A DNA stretch of 64,000 bases from Eremomyces bilateralis CBS 781.70. Taxonomy: Eukaryota. The first letter of the stretch is position 1; the number at the start of each line of letters is the position of its first letter. The position numbers and the translations under genes are program-made. Under the pieces are notes generated by a model. It did not search any database and was not told the DNA's origin. It saw only the letters and a list, made by a program, of their open reading frames with translations. The stretch lies in NCBI GenBank assembly GCA_010015585.1, contig ML975149.1, one strand, 5' to 3'. Below, piece after piece: positions 37,005 through 49,948 of the stretch.

Positions 37005-38286
37005 CCTGTGTATTGAAATGCAAATGATTCAAAACTCTCAATGACTGCTTGCCTCTTCTCCTTCTTCAATCATATATTAGTAGGGCGCGAAAAGCATGAG
37101 GATTGAGAGCACCACGTCTCCAAGCCTCACTCGAGGCATTCTTGGACTTGACAACCATTGTTCAGAAGGCGCGAAAGAAAACGAACTCCGGTCACCAGCA
37201 GCCTTGCCGGCATGCATAACTTGGCGTATTCCAGGAGGCTTGTTTACGTTTTGACGATTGGCAGTTTGGCGACGAGGCGCAGCCTTTGACCAGGTTGAGC
37301 GAGATTCCTCAAGAGGCAAGAGTGCGTCTCCAGCCCTCCTCTCTCCCTTCACCGTGGAGCCTGGAGCCTGGAGTCCCAGCCTTATCCCGATCGGTCTGGC
37401 ACGGACATCGAGGATGCTTCATTTGATTGGGGTAATAGGTAAGGAGATTTTAATCCAAATTATCGTGTCGTCCAAGCTCTTCCAAGTTCCAAGTTCGGGA
37501 TGATGGCGGGGATGGGATCACAGTTCAGTAGTTCACACGTTTGGCGTAGCAGAGCCGCAGAGAGGGGTCTCGGTGAGACAGTCACTAGATGCAGGGGACT
37601 GTCGAAACTTATCAGGGTTGAGGACCCAACCCAGCCTCCACCATCCGTACATCCCGTCTCGGCCTCTGGGTTATCCGCACCTCACTGCCACTTTCATCCC
37701 ACTCTCATCGCCAGCTCACCACTCAGAGCGTGGTTGACCTGGGGGCTGGGTTCGAGTTTGATGTCATTTGCATCCAGCGCTAGGAAGCCTCGCCCGGTTC
37801 AGGATTTCTAAGAGGTCGGCGGGGCAGATTTTGCCCTCCCCTCTACCCTGTTCCAATACCTCCCTCCTTTCGACGGAGGACGGGATACAGTAGCTCTACG
37901 GAATAGATGTCCACGCAACACTCGCTCTTTAGAGCCGAGGCGAAAGCGATACATCCCCCCATGGATAGATCCTACATTGTTGACGGACCAGGTCGGGCCG
38001 TCTAGGCCTTCACAACGGCCTATTCCCATGGTCCAGGAACGCCATTTCAATATACCTCTCGAATCTGCCCCAGCCCCATTCGACTGTTTCCTTCGGTAAC
38101 GACTACTCGGTGTGTCGAGTCATGCAAGTATATCTCGTGGCACTGTGGCTTTGTAGTCATACCTATGGAGCGATAGTCAAAGGTGGGTGTTTCGCCGACG
38201 AGTAATCTTCTACACTTGCATTCTTATTTGCGCAACTTGGAGTTGGATCGACATTCAAGACCATACCACTCAAGCGTTGCGACAGC

Positions 38287-40733
38287 ATGGCTTTTCCAAT
38301 CCAGATAGGCGATGTCATCCACTTGGGTAAAGCCGCATGGGAGCTTTACAACTATGGTTGGAACGCTGATCTAAGAGCCAGTAAGTACTCGATGGATTTG
38401 CGTAGATAGACATACGAGCTGATTTGTAAGGTCGACAATATGCGGATTTTGGCCAGTTAGTCAAAAGTCTTGCAGAGAACTTGGATAACATCGGCAGAGT
38501 CATCAACAATGCCGTCTCTCATATGCAGACTCGGCGTATGTCGATGGCTCTGCCGGTATGGGATCTAACCAGCGTTCGAGAAATCACCGGCGATTATACA
38601 AACACAATACTCGAGTGCAACCGTCTCCTAAAACAAAACGAGCAATTCCGTCAAGACACTTCCCCGATGAGCAACATCGAATGGCATCTCCTCCTTCAGC
38701 CAAATGTCGATCGGCTGAAGCAGCGTGTGGAGATGCATAATAACAAGATCCTATTTCTGTTAAAGCCTCTGGAGATTGACCTACTGTGCCGCATTCACGA
38801 AGACTTGGCGAGTCGAATCGACGTGGTCTATCGCGAAGTGAGGATGTTGCGTCTTGGTGGCATGGTGGTGGACGATCCTCAACAAGGAAAGGAACAGCTG
38901 GATTCACATGAGACACCGTCTCTCCCTATATCGCAGGAACATGACTTCAACTTCCAAAGGGCATCCGAAGTTGGCCACCCTGAGCTTCGAGATAGTGACA
39001 ACTTCCCACTCGCAGAGGGTTCTGAATCACTCATTTCCCTATTTCAGAATGCGACCTCGGAGTTCCAGCCTGGAATCTTCCTTCACGAAAGATCACCATC
39101 TCCCGAACAGTACCTCAATCTTCTCAAATGCGTCTGGATCATCCAGAAACTCCATAACAATCCTCGTCTACGCAATGCAGATTCGAATTCTCACTGGCCG
39201 TCGTTCATTAAACAACTTGAGTTGAATGTCTCCCAGGAGTGCTGGAGATTCACGGCTCAGTGTCCAAACCAACTCACTCCCCCCTCAACGTTTGCGTTGG
39301 TAGAAGAGCACTTTAGCATCTGGCCAATAATGGAGCCAAACGAAATCCTATCTCCTTCATATGTTGAGCAAGGGATGATGGACGAGTTACTACAGATCCA
39401 GTTAGCCAGCACACCTACGAATGCAAAGACTCTACGAGTGCTACGGGCGACGGAAAATAGGCTGCGGGTCGAAGAGACTGCTACCGAACGAACGCCGGAA
39501 GGGAAGTCTCGAACCGAGTCGCGAATCTTGGATCTACGCCTGAAGACCGCCAAGATCGTACCTTTATATGCTGCACCTGGAAGAGGCCAGAGTGCACACA
39601 ATATCGTCCTCCGGACCGAATCATCCACAACCCAATTGTCATTCGCAAATCGAAAAGATATTCTCAAATTCCAGCAAGCTTTGACTGGTTTCAAGTGTTA
39701 CTCTTCCTACGACAGACCTAATTGTCAAGTCAGCCTGATCGTGGCCGGGAAGAACGGACCTACAATTGCCGAAGCACATGTCCAGCTTTGGATGCCAAAG
39801 GAAATAGAAGGCACACCAAGTACAGGCGCTTCAACTGCAACAGTCAATTTTCAACCATCCCGCAATTCTGTTGCATCTATACCAACCGTAGCTGGAATTC
39901 CAATACCCAACTTCCCGACCCCAACGTCACCAGACACCTTCTTTACAACTCCTGACCCCTTCGCGCCTCTAATGAAAAGTCTAAACTTAAAAGATACACT
40001 GGGCACTAGCCCTACGACTGTCTCGAGCAGCACCTTTCTGTCCGTGAGCCCTCCAAGGAATATGGAGAGGAGTTCGAGCCAAGGGAGCTCTCCGAAATCG
40101 GGATCTTCCAGTCGAAGACCGTCGTCCATGTCGCTCAGCAGCAACACAAGCCAAGGAAGCCGGACGACTCGAGTCACCGTAAAATTGGGTCCACAGGAAG
40201 AAGGTTACACGTATCGCAGACCGCTTCGCCCGATGCTTGTTCTCTACCTGAAGCTGCCGGACCAAAAGCTCTCATTCGTCACCATCCACATTGATGAAAA
40301 TACCGCTATGAATCCAGAACGATGCAAATGCCATATTTCCGGTAATCACTGTCCTATCTCTGCTATCGAGCGTAGCAAGGGAACCAAGGATCTTCTTGCC
40401 CAGCGATATGATGCGGAGGACTCGGAAGACTGGGACATCACGCGCCTCGGCACGACGAAGCGGAAAGAGCTCCCGGAACAGGAATTTCGAGGCCTGCAGA
40501 GGGTCAGTATCAAGTTCGAAAACGAGCAACTACGGAAAGAGTTCGGTGGGGTCGCCTGCCGTTGCAACCTGGTTCGCGTTATCGATCTGCAAAAATGCAT
40601 TCGAGGAGGTCATCAAGGCTTGTTTGGCGAGGTGAAGCAGCATGGACGAAGAGAGATGCATCTCTGGCATCACGAACAAAACGAAAGGCGTGATATTGTT
40701 ACTGGTCGTCAGCCTGAACTGTATGGAGCTTGA
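38287..40733 (+). CDS. Hypothetical protein with HeLo-like/fungal STAND-type N-terminal helical domain and uncharacterised C-terminus
   Basis: Exon 1 (38287-38380, MAFPIQIGDVIHLGKAAWELY) is joined by intron 38381-38430 in frame to the 750-aa ORF. No P-loop is seen. Ser-rich linker and Cys/His motifs lie near the C-terminus. Confidence 0.8.
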
Positions 40734-41423
40734 TCCGGACCTATTTTCAGTTTCGGTTAACTCTCCGGTTTGCTTTCTAGTGGCTGGACTGGAACGGTAC
40801 TAGCTATACTTTGTATTTTCATCCTGTTTTCTGGTTTGGAGTCTAAGATATCTCTGCGGGAATACACCCTTTTGGTTCTAGTTAAATATGGCTTCAGTCA
40901 ACTCTGTTTTCGTCCCAACCATTGTTTTTTGCTCTATCATCGATTCAAGGTTCTATTAACTATGTATTTTACTAAAGAATCAGTGACTTTCAACACCCTG
41001 GTACACTTAGGGCTTGCGTCGGTGGTAATTATTCCCTACTCATTGGGCTACTCGAACGTTAGGATATAGAACTGTTGCAATACCCTTGCCTATTGATACC
41101 TAAAACGCAGATCTTCTAGTACATCGATCAACCTTCGGTCAGCAATCTCATGTGATGCCAACCAGGATCTCGGATTGCGGGGTGCGGGGTGGTAGCGCCC
41201 GCTCTGAGAAGTGTGGAGGATGCTCTGAGTACAGTACTTGATGCGTTGTATCTTCACTCACATGCCTCTGATACTGTCGATGTGCCGCGGTGTTACCATT
41301 ATCTTGCACATGAACTTAGCTATAGTTATCGTATATTAAGAGTTAACTTCCCTAGTTCAGCAATGGTCATATGTCTATTCTTACTTCGCCTATGTAGTCT
41401 AGTTCTCCCAATCGACTGACAAA

Positions 41424-43095
41424 ATGATCAGCGAAGTTCTCCCCTATCTCACACCTGCTTTTGTTGCGGCGTGGGGATTTATACTCTTCATAGTGGTCCA
41501 AGCCTTCATCCGTATCCGTTATGCCCTCCGTGTTCGTGCAGCAGGCGGTGTCCACGCCCCAGCCCTCGGGAGCAATCCCGTCGGTGCGTTCGGATATCTC
41601 TTCAAAATCGGAATGGCACAAGCTCAGAATCGGATCCCCCAGTTTTCGATGGACATATTCGCTACGAAGACCAACCCGGAAAACCCTGGCATAATAGAGA
41701 TCAACGTCACCGGAGGCCAGCGGTTCATGTTCTCCCAGGAGCCCGAGCATATAAAAACGGTGCTGACTGGGAAGTTCGCGGAATATGGAAAGGGCGAGGA
41801 GTTCCATCACGTTTGGGTATCCCTCCTCACTGCGACGACTGACGTTCAACATCGCTGAGAGAATTCCTAGCAACCGTTCTTGGGAGACTCGATCTTCACT
41901 ACCGATCATCAGAAATGGCAGGACAGCCGCAATCTAATCCGGCCAATGTTTATGAAGAACCGCGTTAGCGACTTGCACACCTTCGAACGGTGGACGGCCG
42001 TCATGATGAACCAGTTCCCGGCGCCCGGTCAAACATTCGACATCCAGGACCTGTTCTACCGGATGACGATCGACGTCATCACAGACTTCCTGTTAGGCGA
42101 GAGTGTAAACAGTCTCGAGAACCCTCGGAGCGAGTTCGTGCAGGCGTTCACTGACGTCCAGCGGATGCAGACTATGCTGACCGTCCTGATGCCGATTGAA
42201 AAGCTCGTGCCCAGAGGCAAGTACAAGCGCGGGATCAAAGTCATGGAAGATTTTATCGTGCCCTTCATTGATAAGGCACTCACACTCAGTGACGATGAGC
42301 TACACAAGATCTCCAAGTCGGACAAATCGTTTACGTTCTTGCATGCTTTGGCCAATTATACTCGCGACCCCAAGGTGATTCGAGACCAGATCATCGCCGT
42401 GCTCCTTGCCGGTCGTGACACAACGGCAGCGACATTGTCGTGGTGCTTCCATGAACTCCGTCACTACCCTCAGGTCTACGCGAAGCTCCGCGCGGACGTT
42501 GTGTCTGTCGTGGGCACAACCAGAGCGCCTACGTATGAGGACCTTAAGAACATGAAGTACCTGACTCACACGATCAACGAGACCTTGCGCCTCTACCCAG
42601 CCGTACCGGTATGCCCTTGTCACTCATTTCTTAACCCCTTATATAAATCTGATCACCACCCAGTTCAACATCCGCTTCGCCCTCACCAACACCAGTCTCC
42701 CATCCGCCAACCCCAACCACCCTGACATCACCGTCCTCGCCGGCGATGCCGTCTTCTACTCCACTCTCCAAATGCAACGCCGCCCAGATCTTTACCCAGC
42801 CCCATCGCCGACGTTCGCGCCTGCCGATATCTTCTCGCCGGACCGATGGGACCACTGGCAGCCCCGACCGTGGCAATACGTTCCGTTCAACGGCGGGCCG
42901 CGCATCTGCGTGGGGCAGAACTTCGCGCTGACGGAGATGGCATATGTGATGGTAAGGCTGGTGCAGAGGTATGAGAGGTTGGAGGGGAGGGATGATTGGG
43001 ATAGTCAGTATCATAAGGTGGAAATCGTGGGGACGCCAGGGCGAGGCGTGAAGATTGCTATGTTTGAGCCGACGGATGAGAAGGTGGAAGTATGA
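41424..43095 (+). CDS. Cytochrome P450, CYP52-clan (alkane/fatty-acid hydroxylase-like)
   Basis: LGDSIFTTD, AGRDTTA, ETLRLYP and heme motif FNGGPRICVG. Introns at 41817-41870 and 42609-42663. Confidence 0.95.
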
Positions 43096-43460
43096 AGTGA
43101 CAGAGCATTGGAAGTGATTAATCTTGACGACTCCCATTTTGAATTAATCTGAGTATCGTACATCAGACCGCAATATGAAGCAAATGACACCAGTTCTCGA
43201 GTATGCGAATGGAAAACTTCTCGTTCTGTATAATTACACGACGATTTGTAACAGCGTGACCAGCTGACATTTGCTTATTCAGACCAACAGGCTATGCAAA
43301 AGAATTCATGAAAGAACCCATGAAAGATACTAAGCGACAAAGGAATCGAAGCTAGAAGGAGTTCTACGTTGCCCAAGTCTCTCGTCTAGGAGACCGGAAG
43401 CTCCAGACAGGGTATACCGGTATTGTCTCAATCTCCATTGTTCCGAACAGACGAAAAGTC

Positions 43461-46400
43461 TCAATCCACCCAAAAGCACCATAAAATGGCCCTTCCAACA
43501 CCCCTCACCACGGTAATCGATCCTTTCACTAGCACGACCCAGACGAACCATACCCACCACATGATCCCGAGCAGCATCCACTCTAGCAACACAAACCCAA
43601 CTCGGCGCACCCATCGGAACCGCCTGCGTCGCATCCGGATCAGCCGCTCGACCCGCTCATTGACGCGACGCAGCTCCAGCGTGAGGTCGCGGGATAGAGA
43701 CCCAGTGATGTTGTCCGCGGTATCGGACAAGAGGAGAGTATTCGGTAAGAGGTCATCGCTGGTGAGCTCGCGAAAGGAGGAGAGGTGCGTGGAGATGCTT
43801 GAGGCCTGGGACTGGAAGAGAGTGCCTTGTTGTTTAAGTGTAAGAGAGAGGTTGTTGAGTGACGAGGATAGAGTGCGGCAACCGATCGTGACCAGCTGGT
43901 GGTGCGACTGGCTGTGTTGCGCGAGGGTAAAGGCCTCCTGCATGGATTCGTCGATGGAGCGGAGGTTGGACGGCGCGAGTTCTTCAACATCGGCCTCGGA
44001 GAACTTCTGTCGCATCTCACCCAATATATTGTGGGAGATACATTCGCCATTGATGGCTTCGCGTAGGAACTCCGGCATTGCTTCTTGCTCGACATCATGA
44101 CGACCGGGTGCCGCTCGAGCACCCCTCACATCGACTTCCCGCAAGTAAAGACTCCGGGCTTTGATCCCGGCACAAAGCAGCAGCGCCTCGATCCGTGCGA
44201 TGCTCTTCGCGTCGACGGTCTCTAGTTCTTCATCCTCCCCTGTTATGGAGGCGTTAGCATCATTGCCGCTCACAATACTGCTTGCTTTTCGATTGCTGTG
44301 TTGCGAGATAGACCAGTGTCGGTGGGATCTTGGGTACATGGTGTCATCTTGATTCACAGAGAGCCCACCTCGACTGCGGCTTCTGCTAGCAGATAAGTGT
44401 GAAGTATAGGATCTTCGATCCGGGCGAACCCGTCCGGTGCTAGAGGTTCGGGCCCCTCTGCCCACGACAGCAGCAAGACGTGCACTCGATTTTGATGCTC
44501 GGTTTGTGTCCTTTCTGCTAGTTGGCTTCCACAGTCGCCTCGAAGCAGCGTTATCGACGTCCAAGAACTGGGAGTCATCTACGGCTTGCTCACTCGGCCA
44601 TTTGGAGAGTTCCGGAGATGAAGCAGTTTGGATGCGCCCAAGGTCATCCTTTAATCGGTCGAGGCGGGGTGAGCGATTGGCGCTTTGTGCAGCCTTCTGG
44701 GCGGAGATGTGGTCGGGATTGGACGGTTCCGACATATCTTCTCGGATCGAATGTACGTCGAGGTGTCTGAATGTCGGCAACTCGCCCCGGTATCGTGGCA
44801 TGGTGGTCTCTCGTCGGCGTTCCAGGTTAGATGTCGACTGTGTGTGAATTGCCGTCTTCTTTGACTTCATAACTTCATCATCTTCGGTCGTGTCCGATTC
44901 GTCCTCGCCATTGGTGTGAGAATCTGAATTAACATCATGCTTGTTATTCCCACGTCCAATATCGCCTAGCCGCCCTCTAAAAAATCTCGAAACAGATGAT
45001 CCGGGCTCTTTCTCGTCCTTTGAGCGTTTCCTATAGCCGATAGGAGCCATCTGCCCAGTGATTGGCACGTCATCCTTCTGAACTGGCACAGGAATGGCCG
45101 ACTTCGGGTATATTCCACCATTCGCACCCATGCCTTGGCTAGTACTTCCAGATCTCTCTCGTTCACCGCTTGCTTGCCGAGAGCTTCTGTCGTCGCTCTC
45201 TTGGTCAACCCGCTTCACCAGTTTGGCCAGCTCGCCGCCAAATTTCGGTAGATGCCTAGTAAACTTCTTGTCTCTCGTCGGGCTTTGTTTGCGGCTGGAG
45301 GCAGGGGAAATGACGGCCATGTTATGTGACAGAGCTTGGACAAGCGGAGAACTGGGTGTCGTGGAGTTGTTCCGATCGGCATCCATCGATGACCCTGTCG
45401 AAGGCGATTTCTGCCGCTGGTCGAGTTGGATAGTGGGAATTTGTCGACCGACTTGTTTCGGGGGAGTTTTCATGACAGCGAGTTCCGGCGAGGTGGGACT
45501 CGAGCTAGGTTGTGGCTCGTTGGATGGCTTTACCCCCTCCCTTCCCCATTTATCAGGAGTTCCCGGGCTAACTAAAGCTGTGGTGCCCTGATCAGGAGCA
45601 AGATGGGCGGCGCTCACGCGGAGTTGCTGCGCCATAAAGCGTTCCAAAGGCGCAGTGTTCTCCTCGCCTTCTCTGGGCGCCCTCCTCCGCCTCTTGCGCT
45701 CCTTGCCCTCATACTCCGAGTCCGTACTGCTTAATCCGCTCGAACTCGGGCTTCTGGCTCGAGCAGCCATGTTCCACGCTTGCTTGAGAGGGTTATTTCC
45801 AGACCCCTCATCGCGGCTTCCCTTGCCGAGGAATCGACGCTTGTGCCGCCGTCCTCGATTAGAATCCGGATCTCGTTCATCGCTTGGAATACTTGGCTCA
45901 GATTCCGTGGATTTTATAGACAAGGCCGTGTTCGATAGCGCGGAATTTCTGCGGCGGTGCGGGTCTCGAGGAACCTCCAGGCTAGGACGGACTTGGGAGG
46001 TTGACTCCGTCGCAGGAAGCTGCCCTGCGACGTCGGACTCAAAGCTCGGGAAGATTTTGTTTCCGTTTCGCTTTTCTATTTCAGCTTTGTGAGCATCTTG
46101 TTCAAGCCAGTATGCATCCGCTAAGAGTTCGGATGGCTCCGCGGTCCAATCCGGTTGTCGCCTTGATTTCCAGCCTGGTCCAATACCAGAAGTGCGCCCA
46201 TGGCTTGTTGGATGCCCATGCTCGGCATATTGAGGTAGCCGGACGTTATCTCCGCCTCGGTAGTCCGGTTGGCGTGCAGCATGCTGAACAGTATCAATCC
46301 AGTACCGGACGCGTACGACGTCAGTCCAATGTTCGGGAGTAGGCCGTAACTCAATCCTAGAGCGGTTGCGTAACTTCCGGTCCCGGATTAATTGCATCGG

Positions 46401-47522
46401 ATTATATTCGCGTCCAAGTGGGTGAACTTTCCCGGAGTGAGACGGCACCCTCTTCAGATCCACGTTTGAAGATCCAGGAATGCCCGTCGAAGTGTAATAG
46501 GAGTTGCCGGGAGCCTCGCTGCTCGATTTCAAGGGCGGTAGAAACTGCAACAACCTCCAATGCTCAACCTTCAGTTCCATGTATGCTCGAAACTTCTCCG
46601 CCCGCTTCAGGGTGGCATCAGAGAACGCGAAGTCGCTTAGCGGGACAACCGTAGGCGGTGAGCCGGGTATGGACAACGGTATCGACGTTGGGGAAGAGCT
46701 CCCAGCGCTGAAGGTCTGCGATGCTTGCCGTTGCCGCTGAAGATGTACTCGTAAATTTCCCCCGCTATAGTTCTGATGGATTCCAGCGCGGGGTGTCGGG
46801 GAAAACCCGCCGGAGGCGTTCCGTCCCCCGGTTAGAAACTGGGAATTATGGGAGGTTCTTCGACGCGTTTCGCTGAGGTTGAGGGCCATATGGACAAGTT
46901 GCATAGGGTCAATGCTCGACGTCGCAGATGTCGGCCGCCCGGGGTCGAAGAGAGCATCTTGGACCGGTTGAATTTCTTGATCATCCTGGTCCTGATGCTT
47001 TGTGCTTTCTCTCAGGTCCTCAGACATACCCGCACTTTGTCCTGTAGACGTATTTCTTGAACTGGTCGTTGAGTCTCGGTGTCTGTGTGGAGCAGATGGC
47101 GGTTCTGGGGTGACTCTTGGAGAAGCTCTTGGATAAGGATACGGTGCCTTTCCATTGCTCTTGCCCGACCCTCTCCGGCTATCAACTTGCGATATCCTCC
47201 CTGACCCCTTTGGCTCGGTGTGTTTCCCTAAAGAAGGCAAGAGAAACCCTCCTGTGCTCCTTGGCCGATGTCTTCGCAGCGTGCCCAACCGCGACTCGTT
47301 TCCCCCAAAGCTGCTCAACGGCGTCCCCTCTCGAGATGGGGGGCCCGGTGAAGGCGACGCTGAGAGTCGGGATGGAGTAGGACTTCGGTCATATCCAAAG
47401 CTCTGCCCGCGTTGGTCGGAGGTTGGAGTGGCATGACGGGAGTATGTAGTCGATGATGAAGGGTCGGAGGGGTGAAGTGACGACGCCATGGACAACCTTC
47501 CCGTGGAGGCATCCTTGGACAT
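43461..47522 (-). CDS. Mtc4-like protein (maintenance of telomere capping 4 family), largely disordered with a C-terminal TM segment
   Basis: GREYNPMQLIRDRKLRNR resembles the conserved Mtc4 block. Also ELLADAYWLEQ, a C-terminal coiled coil and RFRWVRRVGFVLLEWMLLGIMWWVWF. An alternative ATG lies at 47570. Confidence 0.75.
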   Translation of the reverse strand: MSKDASTGRLSMASSLHPSDPSSSTTYSRHATPTSDQRGQSFGYDRSPTPSRLSASPSPGPPSREGTPLSSFGGNESRLGTLRRHRPRSTGGFLLPSLGKHTEPKGSGRISQVDSRRGSGKSNGKAPYPYPRASPRVTPEPPSAPHRHRDSTTSSRNTSTGQSAGMSEDLRESTKHQDQDDQEIQPVQDALFDPGRPTSATSSIDPMQLVHMALNLSETRRRTSHNSQFLTGGRNASGGFSPTPRAGIHQNYSGGNLRVHLQRQRQASQTFSAGSSSPTSIPLSIPGSPPTVVPLSDFAFSDATLKRAEKFRAYMELKVEHWRLLQFLPPLKSSSEAPGNSYYTSTGIPGSSNVDLKRVPSHSGKVHPLGREYNPMQLIRDRKLRNRSRIELRPTPEHWTDVVRVRYWIDTVQHAARQPDYRGGDNVRLPQYAEHGHPTSHGRTSGIGPGWKSRRQPDWTAEPSELLADAYWLEQDAHKAEIEKRNGNKIFPSFESDVAGQLPATESTSQVRPSLEVPRDPHRRRNSALSNTALSIKSTESEPSIPSDERDPDSNRGRRHKRRFLGKGSRDEGSGNNPLKQAWNMAARARSPSSSGLSSTDSEYEGKERKRRRRAPREGEENTAPLERFMAQQLRVSAAHLAPDQGTTALVSPGTPDKWGREGVKPSNEPQPSSSPTSPELAVMKTPPKQVGRQIPTIQLDQRQKSPSTGSSMDADRNNSTTPSSPLVQALSHNMAVISPASSRKQSPTRDKKFTRHLPKFGGELAKLVKRVDQESDDRSSRQASGERERSGSTSQGMGANGGIYPKSAIPVPVQKDDVPITGQMAPIGYRKRSKDEKEPGSSVSRFFRGRLGDIGRGNNKHDVNSDSHTNGEDESDTTEDDEVMKSKKTAIHTQSTSNLERRRETTMPRYRGELPTFRHLDVHSIREDMSEPSNPDHISAQKAAQSANRSPRLDRLKDDLGRIQTASSPELSKWPSEQAVDDSQFLDVDNAASRRLWKPTSRKDTNRASKSSARLAAVVGRGARTSSTGRVRPDRRSYTSHLSASRSRSRGGLSVNQDDTMYPRSHRHWSISQHSNRKASSIVSGNDANASITGEDEELETVDAKSIARIEALLLCAGIKARSLYLREVDVRGARAAPGRHDVEQEAMPEFLREAINGECISHNILGEMRQKFSEADVEELAPSNLRSIDESMQEAFTLAQHSQSHHQLVTIGCRTLSSSLNNLSLTLKQQGTLFQSQASSISTHLSSFRELTSDDLLPNTLLLSDTADNITGSLSRDLTLELRRVNERVERLIRMRRRRFRWVRRVGFVLLEWMLLGIMWWVWFVWVVLVKGSITVVRGVGRAILWCFWVD

Positions 47523-47972
47523 TATCTGGGAGCTGAACGGTTGAAGATGGTGAAGGTGACATATTTCCACATGTTTGCCCTATTGTGAGAGGTAGGGATC
47601 CCGTGGACGACTTCGTTGTACTTTGTAGATCAAAGCTAGGAGTTTGTTGTAGGCGGTGAATGGCATGTGATGCATATGGTGGCGTATATGTCATTCGACC
47701 TCGTACTTAATATCCCGTGCAAGTCCCGCCAATGTCCCGACCTTGCAGCGGATACAGCCGCCTACGCCAATCAACTCATTTCTCGCGGTATTGGGATACA
47801 TCAAGGTATATGCATTTCCTGTGTTCCGTATTGTCCCATATTTACGCCAATATGAAACTTCCTTGCCTAGGATCTTGATGGAATGCTTTAAGGTTATAAT
47901 ATACATATATGTTTCTACTTGATAAGGAATAACTATTAGCAGCCAACTAGTCACTAAGTTAGTTACAGCATG

Positions 47973-49948
47973 TCATATTACATGAATAATTCGGAACCCT
48001 TTCTTTCCGGACCGAACAAGGAGGACGCCTTCAACCATGAATTTCTCCCATTCCGCAGCACTATCCAACCCTACATCTTTAAACCGCTTAAAGGTAACAA
48101 CCTCCCCTGCATCCTCATCGCTAGCTCCCTCTGCGCTGGGCAGGCATCCGATATAAACTCCGCCAGCCGCTATCAACCGCGATGCAGCAGACACCGACCC
48201 AATATTTTCGAATCCAAGCTGTCCTAGGAGCCTCGCCGGTGGCAGCTCATCCAGTGAAGACTTCCGGATGGTCACTACTACGCCCTCCTTGTTGACAATC
48301 GGCGAGTCATTCTTCTCATTGTCACCTTTCTTGTCAGCCTTCTTGTCCTTCTTGTCACTCTTCTTGTCACTTGGTTCCTTGACATTAGGGAATGCTGCAA
48401 CAAAGGCGCGTAAACCTTCTCTCGTGATCGGTTGGAACATCAGAGAATGCAACATGGACATTCGATTGGCAATCGGCGTTCCGTGCACCAAGTTCGTAAC
48501 CTGCTTCGCCAGTTCGTGTTGGGCTATGCGTTTCGAGCGATCGAGGTTATGGCTTTCCATCACTTCGTCGACATTTTCTAGTGGTAAGAAAGTGAAGATT
48601 TTGAGCATATGTCCAACGTCCTCATCCGACACACCCACGAAATACTGTCATACTAGTCAGCTCGGCGGTTGCCAACGTGTTCGGGGACATACAGTATAGA
48701 AGTCGAAGGGGTCGGTGAAGTCCGGGTCCAGCCAGACGGCATTTCCTGCGCTCTTGCCGAATTTCGCTCCAGAAGACGTCGTCAGGAGAGGCACTGTCAT
48801 CCCCGCAGGTCCGGAATGAATAAGGTCCCTTTCTTTCCCTTTGTAGGAGGGCAGTCGATTCTGAAACGCGCTCCACACGGCATTCGAGCCAGATATTATG
48901 TTGCCGTACTGGTCTGAACCTCCAATTTGGATATGAACCTTTCGAGTCTTCCTCAGGTGGAGCCAATCATGGGCTTGTAGGACGGGGTACATGAATTCGG
49001 ATAACGACATGCCTTCTTTGCTGGCAACCTTGGTTCTCGCGCTGTTCACAGGTCAGCCATGGGCCGGACAAATATCCCGCGCGTTACTCACGTATCTCTT
49101 GAGAGCATGGCCCCGATGCGGAATGCCGACCCAAGTTCCCGCAGACTGACCATCAGAGACAACTCATGTAGCCACTTCGAGTTCGTAAGGACCGTATGCC
49201 TTGACGACGGAACTTGAGCTTCCCCAGAATAACTACGTCTCACACTGCGAGCATTGTCCGACATACGATGAAGCTTTTCGCATATCCGGCGGGTGTTGCT
49301 CTTAATTTCGTCGCGTGAAAGAACCGGTCTTGACGTGGTTCGTCCTGTAGGATCGCCAATGCCGGCAGTAGCATCTCCGACCTTCCATCTATCAGCCTTG
49401 TATACTTTACGCGACTTCCATGCACAACCATACCAATGCAACCGTATCGAACCCAAGCGATCCAGTCCAGTAGAGGGCCATAAGAGGGAGAAGATGGCCG
49501 ATATGGAGGGATGGGGCCGTAGGATCGATACCGACATATACGCCGCATTTGAACGTCTCGGGATCGGCTGTCAACTTGGAGAAATGTCCCCTTGATCTAG
49601 CAGCATGCAATCCAGTCAGTCCATCGCCCTTATACGCCTACGGAAGGAAGCCTACCCAACGATCTGATTGACAAGACCTCGCGAGTCCAACGTCTGCAGC
49701 AACTCACTCGGCGGTGTTCGGACGGTATGCTCGGAGCTTGGGACAACATTTTCTTCGCCATCAACCGGTAAGGTCAAAGCCTTCATCAAAGAGGACTCTT
49801 GGCCGGTTTCATTCTGCACAGGATAGTTCGTCCCAGCGAGGGCTGCCTGGAGTGACGAGGCATGTCGTCGTGGTGTTGTGTCGCGAATGTGGAGGGTGCT
49901 AGGCCATTTCGCCAGACTGCCGCGACAGAAGCGTCCGGCTGGCAACAT
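47973..49948 (-). CDS. MSY1: Mitochondrial tyrosyl-tRNA synthetase (MSY1 / CYT-18 orthologue)
   Basis: YVGIDPTAPSLHIGHL (HIGH), GDPTGR, EFMYPVLQAHD, QIGGSDQYGNI and KFGKSAGNAVWLD. Arg-rich presequence and four introns. Confidence 0.95.

Noticed and set aside
43423..47436. Numerous antisense ORFs inside the Mtc4-like gene (and inside other long CDSs)
   Set aside because: These are expected shadow ORFs of GC-balanced coding sequence, with no independent evidence.
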